A stretch of DNA of 64,000 nt from Octopus bimaculoides (Eukaryota), in contig NC_068993.1 in the NCBI RefSeq assembly GCF_001194135.2, positions 10,425,005 through 10,489,004 of the forward strand, given 5' to 3'. Both the position numbers and the translations under genes were made by a program. The notes under the pieces were generated by a model. It ran no database searches. It had not been told where the DNA came from and saw nothing but the letters and a program-made list of their open reading frames with translations. This document shows positions 53,101-64,000 of this stretch, in pieces (within the stretch, counting starts at the first letter, position 1; every line of letters starts with the position of its first letter).

Positions 53101-53620
53101 CTCACACAACCATGCCTGTGCCTATATAGGGAACAAGATATTAAATTAGGTCTTTTTTTTTATTATTTATATAATTAGATTTACAATAAGAAATTGTTCT
53201 ACTTGCAAGTATGTAATGAAGATTACAGACTCACAACAAAAAGTTTTTAACAGCCAGCTCTCTGTTGGAAACTATACAAAAATCTTTAAGCCTAGGTTAG
53301 TAATCTTGGGTAGTATACACATACATTTATTGTGCCTACATGTTTCTGGTATAAGCACACAGAGAACATCCATTTATACACATGTGCAAAATTGTGTACC
53401 TTAGGGAGGCAAATAGTAACTAAGGAATTGAAATTATAATTAATGTTTTTCTTAATGAACTCATTAATGATTCATTAGTTTTCAATCTGTTTCAGGTGCT
53501 TTGTTGTGTCCCCTAATTAAAAAAAATTCTACACTGCTTCAGTTTATTCAGCTGGAAAATAACATTTTCATAGAAAGAACTACCTATAATAAATTAGGGT
53601 AATTGGTAAATACCCAGTTT

Positions 53621-53945
53621 GGTCATGAATGACCATGGGATTGCAACTAGAAAGTTACTCTACTGAGGCACAAGTCTGGGCAAGGTTGTTCATGGAAGAC
53701 CAGCAGTTGCCCATACATACCAGCCTCCCCTCTTCATGCCACTGATGTTATCCAAAGGAAAGGCAAAAACCTAAACAACTTGGCGTCGGTGATTTTGCAA
53801 CTCATTTCTACAGCTGAGTGAACTGAAGCAATGTGAAATAAAGTGTCTTATTGAAGAACCCAACACGCAGCCCAGTCAAGGAATCGAACTCACTACCTTA
53901 TGAATGTGAGTATGACACTCTAACCATTGAGCCATGCGTCTTCAC
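53621..53945 (-). mobile_element. Family E SINE
   Basis: Collinear with 7371-7707. Confidence 0.85.
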
Positions 53946-53964
53946 ATAATAAATTATTGCTCTA

Positions 53965-54332
53965 TTAGGCACATAAGATGCACCATTTTGAGCGTGGCTG
54001 TTGCCAGTACCACCTGACTGGCCTCCGTAGGATTTTCGAGCGAGATTGTTGCCAGTGCCCCTAGACTGGCTTGTGCGGGTGGCACATAAAAGACACCATT
54101 TCGAGCGTGGCCGTTGCCAGTATCGCCTGACTGGCCTTCGTGCAGGTGACACGTAAAAGCACCTACTACACTCTCTGAGTGGTTGGCGTTAGGAAGGGCA
54201 TCCAGCTGTAGAAACTCTGCCAAATTTAGATTGGAGCCTGGTGTTGCCATCCGGTTTCACCAGTCCTCAGTCAAGTCGTCCAACCCATGCTAGCATGAAA
54301 AGCGGACGTTAAACGATGATGATGATGATGAT
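53965..54332 (+). mobile_element. Family D LINE 3'UTR with three hairpin-bearing repeat units and a (GAT)n tail
   Basis: Repeat units at 53985-54140. The young tail at 54164-54332 is near-identical to 36313-36474. Confidence 0.75.
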
Positions 54333-54455
54333 TGCTTCCTCATCTACTTAACATTATTGAAACTAGAGTTAAACATTTGTGTTGTGGCTGTGACAACAAC
54401 ATTATTCTATGTACCATACACTTCATCTCAAGTACCTATACTTCAAGAAGAAACT

Positions 54456-54611
54456 TTAACCCTTTAGTGTTCAGATTACTCTGTCAAATGTAATACTTAT
54501 TTTTAGAATGATATTGCAGGGTAGGAGTGGGAGGCTGGATCTGACCAGTTTTAATATAAATCAAGTTAAATATTTCAGCTGGATAGGTCGGTTTAAATGC
54601 TAAAGGGTTAA
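54456..54611. mobile_element. Internally deleted piggyBac-type MITE with near-perfect termini
   Basis: TTAA-CCCTTTAGTG ... TGCTAAAGGG-TTAA. About 70 bp of the middle is missing relative to 494-720. Confidence 0.8.
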
Positions 54612-55482
54612 TAATTACATACCCCTCCATTTTCACAAGAAAACAAAAATGGGGATCAATTTTTTTTATAAACACAGGTTGTTATTTAGCCCCGAGACAT
54701 CCCTGACCAAGATCTTTAATCAAAGGTATTTTAGACACGATCATCCAGTCTTTTTTTTTTTAATGTTTTTCTTCCTCCCAGACACAGTGTCACTAATACA
54801 ATATAAAAAATTTATTGTATTTTTGAATGAACAGGGTGTGACTAAGATTTAACTGGTATTTCAGGTACATTGATGGACCATCCAAAGGCTTTTCACATAA
54901 GCAACTTGAATACAACTGCATTTTAAAAAAAAAACTTTTAAAAGAATTTTTACAAATATATTTGATTGTTATAGAAATAAACGACATGCCGACAAATTAT
55001 CAGAGAAGGCATTTGACAACTTTCTTGTGTTCTGAATATAAAAATTGACATGGCATTTATATTCTGGCATTTAAAACAACAATCATTGAAACTTAATAAT
55101 AAAAACTGCCCAAAAACCTGACATCAAATCATATGTTAATTGTAAAGTTTGAGGCAGGGAGATACTCTACACTGTCATAAACTGGGAATTCTGAGATTGT
55201 TTCACTTGCCCAATGTAGCAGCCAAATTTCCTTCAATAAACTTCCTACTCGAAGCTACTTAAATAATTCTACAACATCAGATCAAAAAGTTTTATAAGAC
55301 ATTCTTATAAGTTACACCCTGTGATTTGTGTATTTATTTTCATATCCCATTCAGTCATGTGTAACCTCATGTATTCTCATCCAAAATGGAGACAAGCACC
55401 AACACTTCCATGAGGCACGCTTGAACAGTTGTGAAGATCACTTCACATAAAATCATCAGTTGCCTTATTAACCCACAAATAA

Positions 55483-55525
<43 letters not shown>

Positions 55526-56038
55526 GAAAAACAAATCACATTGCTCAAAATACTATTAAAAAGTTACAAAGATTCTTTCTTCTCCCATTAATCAAATCAG
55601 TAAACATACTGCTGCTCCTAACGGTGGGATATTCCACACTGATGATACACATGGGATACACCACACTCTATAAACAGCTGGGTGAACTGGTCGATACTGC
55701 AGCACCAGTGATAAAAAATAAGAGTTTAACAGGTAGATATTGTATTGATTTGGTCAGCTGTGACTCCTACTAATCCACGTACAATTCCAACACTACTCCT
55801 CATACTATGACTGTATATGGAGAAAGGAGAGACCAGCTAGCTATACCTGACTGTTGCAGCTGCCTTTACAACAGGCAACCAAATTAAACAGAGCTAACTA
55901 GATTCTTTAATTAACACAACATGCTGCTTAACAAGTCCGAATGTTTAAATATATCATATCAAAATCAACATGATATTTAGTTTCAGTTTCTTAGTTCAGT
56001 GTATTTGTGAAGTTGCTTAGCTGAAGTCCTGATTGACA

Positions 56039-56430
56039 TTAGGTATGGCTGTGTGGTTGAGAAGCTTGTTTCGCAACCATGTAGTATGGGGTTCAGTCCC
56101 ACCGGGCATCATCTTGAGCATGAGTCTTCTACTGAAGCCCCAGGTCAACCAATGTCATATGAGTGAATTTTGTAGAGGGGAAACTGCATGGAAGATCCAT
56201 CATATATATATGCATATATATAATTTAAGAATGTATGTGCCTTTGTGTCTGTCCCCTCAATTTGATAACCAGTGTTGGTTTGTTTACAACCCTAATAATT
56301 TAGTGGCTCAACAAAAAGAGACCAAAAGAATAAGTATCAGACTTTAAAAAAACCCCGGAGTATCAGGGTCAAAAGATTCATCGAAATCCTTTAAAGTAGT
56401 GCCCCAGCATGGTCGTAGCCCAATTGACAA
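56039..56430 (+). mobile_element. Diverged family A SINE
   Basis: ggtatggctgtgtggttgagaagcttg...gggttcagtccc head; gtgccccagcatggtcgtag tail. Confidence 0.65.
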
Positions 56431-56689
56431 ACAAAAGATAAGACTTAAACATAAGGACATACTGACAGTTCAATACATAGCCCCCTTCTACTTTCTAGTG
56501 CACATAACAAGTACTTATTTTATCAACCAAAAAGGAAGGATTTGAAAGCCCCTTCTTTTTGATCATTGTCCTCTAGGCCATAACAGAAGAATTCAAAACT
56601 GGCAGCCCCTGGGGACTACTATAATGCTGATGATCTTGCTCTCATAGCAGTTTCTATATCGGAGCTGTACTCAAGAAGAACTGTCCTTC

Positions 56690-56952
56690 ACGAGCCCTGT
56701 GCCGGTGCCAAGTAAAAAGCTATGCGCCAGTGCCGCATAAAAACACCCGTGCTGGCACCACATAGAAAGCACTCAGCACACTCTGTAGAGTGGCTGGTAT
56801 TAGGAACGGCATCCAGCCATGGAAACCAAGCCAAACCAAACCAGACTGGAATCTGGTGCAGCTCTCCCACTTGTCAGCTCTGCTTAAACTGTCCAACCCA
56901 TGCCAGCAAGGAAAACAGATGTTAAAGGATAATGATGATGATGATGATGATG
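56690..56952 (+). mobile_element. Family D LINE 3' end
   Basis: Repeated aaaa(g/c)cac units, gagtggctggtattaggaacggcatccagc core and a (GAT)n tail. Confidence 0.7.
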
Positions 56953-59149
56953 AATTTGGTGACAAGAAAGGAAATATAGTAGGATATAAAAGTTCTGTAC
57001 TGTACTATTCATACCACCTGACTGTCACCTTATTAGTAATATGTATTGAAAAAAGCCAAGTTGTAGAAATATCATTGAAAAATGGTTTTATGTAGGCATA
57101 TAAAGAGACAAACTGTCTGTAAGAACCTGTTCTTTTCAAAGCTATTCATTGAATTCATAGCCAAAAATACTACTATATATGAGATTTGAAACCTAAACTT
57201 GTCAGAGAGCTTTTAGTTGCTTGAATCTACTAAATACATGGCTCAAGGAACCTATTGTTAGACACAGCTGAGTTGAAAGATGAGTCAATTGAATACAGGT
57301 AAAAGAACAGTCCTTGTTAAGTACACAATGACCTTTAGATTGTATGTAATAGTAGTTTACTCTGATGGTCAAAAGTGGGTGCAGTCAGCCAACAGTCAGA
57401 AGTAGAGATATGCTGAGATTAAATAGATAGGCAGACAGATAAAGAAGAGAGAGGAAAACAGGAAAAGTATGAGATAGAAACTGAAAATGTAAATATAGAA
57501 CCAGTACATATACAGGTGGCTTAATGAACATAAAGCATACTGGTGATATAAGTTAATAGATTTGAAGAAGAGAAGAGGAATTTATCTGCCGGTGTCCCTC
57601 CCTCAGATAATCATTAAACTAAAAGAACACGTCTAGCAAACACCTAATGCAATCTCTTAAGTGTAACTTAATAACAGACAACATGCTGAATTATTAAATG
57701 CAAGAGAAGAGATACTACTTGCTGTGTAACTGCACAGTACCTGACTTCCTAGCAGCTAGAGAGAGAGAAACTCAATATTGAGTTTAGTACCAGCAAAACA
57801 ACAGCACAACACTCTGCAAAACCCAAATTTTGACATAGTTCTCTCTGAGGATGTATTAACGATATGTATGCGTGAACACCAACGCTTCTTTGACTCATGC
57901 TATTAATTGTTATTTCTTGCAAAGTTACCCCAAAAATTAAAAAAAAACAAAAACACAAGATTATACACATATATCTTAGAGTTTACAGACGTAACTCCAC
58001 TCCCCAGAGAAAACTAAGAGCTACACAAATTATTGCTTGTCTTGGTATTTTTTTATCATTCTAGATTAGTAATTAGAAAATGGTGTGCTACTGTTAACGA
58101 AAGTGCAACAACATGTCAGTGTAGGTGCTTACATTTCGTGAATATGTGCAGTGGATAGCAGAACTGCTTGTGTTAAGACAAAATAACTTGTGGCATTTGG
58201 TTACAAACCTTTTTACACCGAGTTAGATACCCATTTATGTTGACTTTGCTTTTAATTCTTCTGAGGTCAATAAATACTAATTATAGAGTTAATATAGTCA
58301 ACTAAATCCTTAAACCCTGGTATGGCTACAATCAAACAACCAAAACTGATAAAATTATAGAATTTAACAGCAAATTTATTAAAATTATAATTGGTCATAT
58401 ATATGTATCAAATTGCACCATATTGTGCTCATAATTCAAACACGTTCTATTATGTAATATATCAATAAGCATATAAATAGCTATTCTTGAGGAAACATGT
58501 TACATAACTGAAAAGTCGACTCCATTCTTATTTGCTTAATTTTATGTGTGTATGAGAATTAGCAGAAATTACAGTATCTTGAAGTGCATGGTGAGGAAAT
58601 GGTCTGTGACTCTAAAACATTTTTGAATGCTTACTTATTCTATAGAATAGGAATGCGAGATACAGTGCTCGTATTTTTCCTGTTTTCTAAACTGAGAAGG
58701 ATTATGATAGCAGATTTAGAAAATTAGTGTAGTTAATATTAAACTTACAAGTTGCTGCTGCAACTTATAAACATAGGAAACCATAGATGGTAAGATATAT
58801 TTTCTAGAGAAATAGATTCCTATATATTTGGAAACTATATAAAGCTTATATATGCATGTATATATGTGTGTATATTCTTCACTGTGTATATATGCATGTA
58901 GATGTGTATATTCTTCACTGTGTATATTCTTCACTGATGCAGCTTATAAACAACGATGAAAAAAACCAAGGGACAAAATCCTTGTAACAAATAACACTAA
59001 GAGACAGAATGTGAGAAAAAATAAATATTTTGGTATAACAAAGGCAGACACCCTATTTGGATCTTGAAAAATGAAGTCACCCTGCATTAAAGGACCAATT
59101 AACACGAAAGAAACGGAGACACTTGATAGCAATTTAGATAAGTGTGCCC

Positions 59150-62100
59150 AGAGAACTAGCTAGAAACTGTACTGACGTCCGAGTATTTTTAAGCATGTTG
59201 GTCTTCTGGTTTTAATATTTAACTTGAAAGACTCGCACTGGAACACCGAATCAACTGGCAGACGAAACAGTGTCAAGTGGAGGAAATACTGACATTGAAT
59301 CGTCAGTCAGTCTAGCTTTGGAAATATCCGTCCAGCTTGCAACAACAGTTCACTGTTACAGTGTGCTGCACAATAGGAGAAAAATCTGAATTTTGAAATG
59401 TGAAGGTAGTTTTGTACCATCCTGCACTCTGAAATTTCTTTAACACGTTTGTAAAATATTCACTTCCTTCCCTTCAAGAATAACATACTTTCTAAGTATG
59501 ATGTGTATGTGCGTGCATTGCACACCCTAATACTTATCAGTGTTACTACACTCTCTCAATTTTTAAATATTTCTATATATACCTGCAAAAATATGTTCGG
59601 TAGTGTCACATACTTTTACAGATAAATTCCTCTATTTACACAATATCGAGGTCTCTTTCTTTCTTTTGTTGTCATTTCTTTCAATATATATATATATATA
59701 TATAGCTTAATCGCCCTTAGTCTTGTCCTCTAGGAAAAATATGCTTTGCTGAAGATCCTGCTTACACAAGTTGGCTTTAAAAAACAGAACTGCTCCAATA
59801 AACATCAAATCCAAATTTTGAACAGAATTTATTGGAGTTATCTCCCTTGGTTTTAAAGGAAAATTTTGTTTACATATTTTTTATTTTGATAATGTTTGTT
59901 TTTTTTTTCCACCTGCCGGTATGTTAGTATGTTAAATAGGATGAATAGACAGGTAGATAACACAGGTAGGTCGGGATCGTCCATAGAAGGCGTACACACA
60001 TGTCAAAAGTTCAGGCTTTTGTTTTGTGTCATTGAGCTACTAATTGATGGGCATGTTATGTATGAAGCGACGAGAAACTTATTAAGAATTGAGGGTTTGC
60101 TGAGAGCTATTCGCTGCCACATTGACGAGGTCAGGTAGCTACACCGTCAGGAAAGAAGCTTGCTTGTAAGCATGGCAAAGCTGCACAGTGGGGCCCCAGA
60201 CCTGACTGGATCACGGCGTTATTTTAAACTCAAAACACTTTATTTATTTCAAAGCATTTGATCAATTCAAGAGTTTTCCTAAGATGAATAGAAAGTCAAT
60301 CAAAACTATCACCAAACCCACGAAAATGGGGTGGGGTGGGGTGGAGAGAAAATAAAAAGAAAAGGTGTAACAAAAAGGAAAAGAAATCCAGATATTTATT
60401 TTAAATCTGGTACGTAATTAAGTGAAGTTCATACGACGGACTTTCGAAAAGGATGTTACTACATCAGAGGGAAGAAAAAAAAGAAAGAACGGGAAAAGGG
60501 GGGCGAAATATAAAATATAAGCAATTAAGATTTGGGGAATAAATTTCTTTCAGAACCATAATTCCAGTTCTATGAAACAGAAGAATAGTTATAAGTGGAA
60601 GAAAACGGATTCTCAATTCCTTACCCCTTTTTCTTCCACATGAAATAAGCTACCTACTCCGAAACTCCACCGTCTTAAGGATAAGGAACACGGAGATCTA
60701 TTTTCATGCCTTAACCATGAACATTAACGATGTAAGTTGTTTGAAACGGAAATCGAAATTGGAAATAAACAAATTTGTTACCGAAATTTCAACATTGAAT
60801 CATTCAGCACCCAGCTGTTTAAATCATGTGCTAAGTTTGTATAACAACCACAAACACCACCAACATTACTAACACTCGGTTGAAAGCCGTTCCACATTTT
60901 ACAACATTTATCAAATGAAAACAGCATGCATGTCACAACATCCCGTTCCGGTTTCCTGGTCACCTTAAAATTAAACGAACAAATCTATGAACTAAAAATG
61001 ATTTGTAAAAACGAAAAATAATGAGTGATCAAACATGGCGTCGAGCCACACCTCTTGTCAACAGACCGAAACTACCCACGATAAATACATCATCGTTATT
61101 ATCATCATCACCACCTCAAATGGAACCAGCAGTAGGAAATAGTTTCATTGACAGCTACACAAGAGAAATGGAGAGAAGCGGGAAGGAACAACAGCGGGAG
61201 AGCTTAAAGAAAGGAGGGGGGTACATCCCGTATGTCAAGATATGTTAAACTGATTAATTTTGAAATTTAGATAAAATAATAATAATAATTAAAAATACGA
61301 TAGATAAGATACTCTTTCGAAGTAACCGGATATTTATATCTTTCATATTTCGTTACTGTCCTACTCATTCAATTACTAAAATAGACGTAGTGTGTGTGTA
61401 TGTGTAAATATACATGTGTATAATGCGGTGTGTGAATAACAATCCTTTCTATAATATACACCAAGACTAAAATTTCGGGTAGCGAATAGTTGATTACATC
61501 AACACCGAAAGAATGAAAGGCGAAGTCGACCTGGGCAGAATTTGAACTTAGGACGTTAAGAGTAAAATGGAATACTGCTAAGCATTTTCTCTGGTGTGTC
61601 AACGACCCTGTCAGCTTGATAATAATAATTGTTTCCAATTTAGAAGAGAGAGGTTAGTTGATAGTATCGACTCCAGTACATGACTGGTATTTTATTTTAT
61701 CAACCCGGAATGGAATTGGAAAAAAAAAAAAACCCCACGGAAATAGTTTCTAACACAAGTCGAACAGACTCAAATTTTCGGCGAAGGTAAAGAATACGCA
61801 CACCCAGGGTTTAGGGTTAGGGATTTTGTTAGGCTGAAAACGGGTGATGTTTGTATTCTTTACCTCCTTCAAATTTTGTAGGGTTTCCATTCAAACAGAT
61901 CAAATTTTTTACCCTTTTTTTTTTTCCTGCGGTTTCTGAATCAGATCCAAAGCTAACCATTTGTAAAGGAAAGATAAATAGACACTGAGTCTAAGTTGAC
62001 TCCAGTATACGTCTGGTATTTATTTTTAGTACAGGGATTTTAGTATATTCACCGAAATTTAATCTCGAAACGTGAAACGCTTCATGGTCTGTAACTTAGC

Positions 62101-62600
62101 GGTTTGGCAAATAAGATAGATTTAAGTGCCAGGCTTTAAAAAAAATATATATAAGTACTGGGATAGATTTGTTTGAATAAAATTCAAGGCGAGCCCCAGC
62201 ATGGCTACAGTCTAATGATTGAAAAAAGTAAAAGATAAAACACACACACAGAGCGAGAGAGATTTATAGGACATGGGTGCATACTTAATTTAATCAGTAT
62301 CCGAAATGGGCAAAGTACTTATTTTGTCGGCCACAGTGCTTCCATTGAAAACAAATCGTCAGAACGAGGAGTTGACTGAACAAAATGTTTTTATCAACCA
62401 GGCTCTTCTACATGCTTTGAAACTAGTCAAAATACTACGTAATGGTAGATTAAAAATTGTAGCGCTCATTCTATTTAAGTGTTGTCTACAACATCAATGC
62501 CATCAAGCCGACGAGGCGCCTTTATACAACCGTTCATTATGCTAAAAATAGTAGCTGAATACCCTTAAAAATCATTCTGCCGTCTTGTAGTAGATAAATA
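59150..62600. promoter_or_regulatory. CpG-retaining region; possible unmethylated alternative promoter or regulatory region
   Basis: By-eye count of ~35-40 CG in 60060-61320 versus ~15-20 in 29500-33000. The function is inferred. Confidence 0.4.
61441..61620 (-). mobile_element. Family B SINE
   Basis: gaaagaatgaaaggcgaagtcgacctgggcagaatttgaactta. Confidence 0.7.
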
Positions 62601-64000
62601 AATAAATAAATAAAATGGAATAAAAAGAAGTTTATCAATGGTAGCGTAAAAGAATGGCAAACCATACGCTTTAAATATAAGTATTTTGTATATCTATAAA
62701 TAGAATCTCTAGAATTATCATTCTTTCCATTGGGGGATTTCTCAGCACTACTTGAGCAAGCTTATAATCAGACATTCCAGTCGAGACTGTCCAGCTCCCA
62801 CCACCACCACCACCTTGAAATACACTGTACTTTAGACTACATTTTCCAATATCTTTTTTTTTTTTTGAGACAGCAGGGAATGATTTTGAAGGATATTTGG
62901 CTGCTATTTCTAGCATAGAGTCTCTTTTGTTGGTTTAGTAACGGTACAATTGATTTTAGATTAAATCATGGACAAACTTCGGCCTTGTGGGACTTCTTGA
63001 ATGGCACACACCTCACGAAAAACTGCCTTCAATTTTTTTTTTTTTTTTTTGTAGTAGTAGTAGTACAGCCTGTCTAATTATGAACCATGTCTCATGTAGC
63101 CCGCTTCTCGAAAAAGGATGCCCATATCTGCCTCAGAACAAGGTATGAAGTATGAGAAATCTTTTTTCCTAAACAGCAAGCCCCATAGAGATATTTATTG
63201 CCCATCATAAACCAGACCACTTCACTAACATGATGTACGTCATATATTACACTAATTAAATCATAAAATAATTTGAGAGAGAGAGAGAGAGGTGGGGTGG
63301 ATAGCCTGAGTGAATGAGAAACAAAGAAGCAATATTGTTCAAAAGCGTTGGACACTAAGAGAAAGTTATGCTTATGAGAACGATATTCCGTGTACTATAC
63401 ACACAGTCATGAAGACACCGACCTGTAGGCTTGTTCCTGCTTGTCTGGAGTTTCACTACACAGCCATTTTCTCCTGCACCGACAATAAATATGTTAAAGT
63501 GGCTAAAAGTCACTAAAAATATATATGATGAATTAACCACAGTATACTGGGGTCGATGTAATCGACTTAATCCCTTTGTTTATCCCCTCTATGTTTAGCC
63601 CCTTATGGGCAATAAAGAAATAAGAAGTACAAATTTTATACGGAATTTCTATAACAACTTTAGCAAGTAAACCAACTATATCCAGCTCCCCACCACTACC
63701 ACCACCACCATGAATTATGCTGCATATTAGACTACTTTCTCCAATATCTTCTTCCTTCTTTTGAGGCAGCAGAGAATGATTTTGAGGGATACTTGGCTGC
63801 TATGTTGTATATTAAAACTAGTCAAAGTCAACCTCTTACCCTACAATGTAATTCTAAAACTGTACAAACTACAACACCATTGATATGTCAAAGCTGAGAA
63901 AATGCACAATTAATTCAAAGCAATATGAGTAAATAAGCATTACATTTGACAAAGTACTATGAATGTTAAAGGATCAAGTTACTGATTATCAAGAAAATCC

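Noticed and set aside
53985-54140. CRISPR-like array
   Set aside because: The host is eukaryotic, there are only three unevenly spaced units, they lie inside a LINE 3'UTR, and there are no cas genes.
54793-54987. LCEKPLDGPSMYLK as the upstream LLDG exon
   Set aside because: The motif spacing is wrong and there is no suitable donor.
55330-55465. Minus-strand VLVSILDENT resembling the FERM start VSLLDD
   Set aside because: An in-frame stop follows immediately and there is no phase-0 donor.
58866-58936. Three copies of GTGTATATTCTTCACTG
   Set aside because: A simple slippage minisatellite in TA-rich sequence with no evidence of function.
61021-61248. 75-aa plus-strand ORF in the CpG-rich zone
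   Set aside because: No recognisable motif or splice support. An ORF of this length is expected by chance in less AT-rich sequence.

Overview
This is AT-rich, repeat-dense animal genomic DNA, not prokaryotic. The SINE/LINE/MITE repertoire, the microsatellites and the sized N-gaps point to an octopus (coleoid cephalopod) scaffold; that assignment is inference. The whole window lies inside one minus-strand gene, a protein 4.1 / coracle (EPB41-family) FERM-domain gene. Three coding exons are supported: 51367-51477, 18229-18277 and 4261-4336. They splice in frame to [79 protein letters not shown] across GT-AG introns of 33,089 and 13,892 bp. I did not find the preceding (xCxVxLLD) or following (YxLCLQ) FERM exons in the window. 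The introns are filled with at least four tRNA-headed SINE families, 3' ends of RTE-type LINEs, TTAA-flanked piggyBac-type MITEs, mariner/pogo-type remnants and simple repeats. Almost all ORFs in the supplied track are spurious. I found no clear novel multi-gene system. The best leads are: (1) a ~98%-identical 262-bp copy of an exon acceptor and half exon pasted into a SINE 1.5 kb from the original; (2) a candidate in-frame 42-nt cassette exon with upstream TGCATG (Rbfox-type) motifs; (3) candidate poison, micro and recursive splice elements; (4) SINEs that swap heads and tails; (5) SINE inverted repeats that could be ADAR substrates; (6) a CpG-retaining zone near 59-62.6 kb suggesting an alternative promoter.
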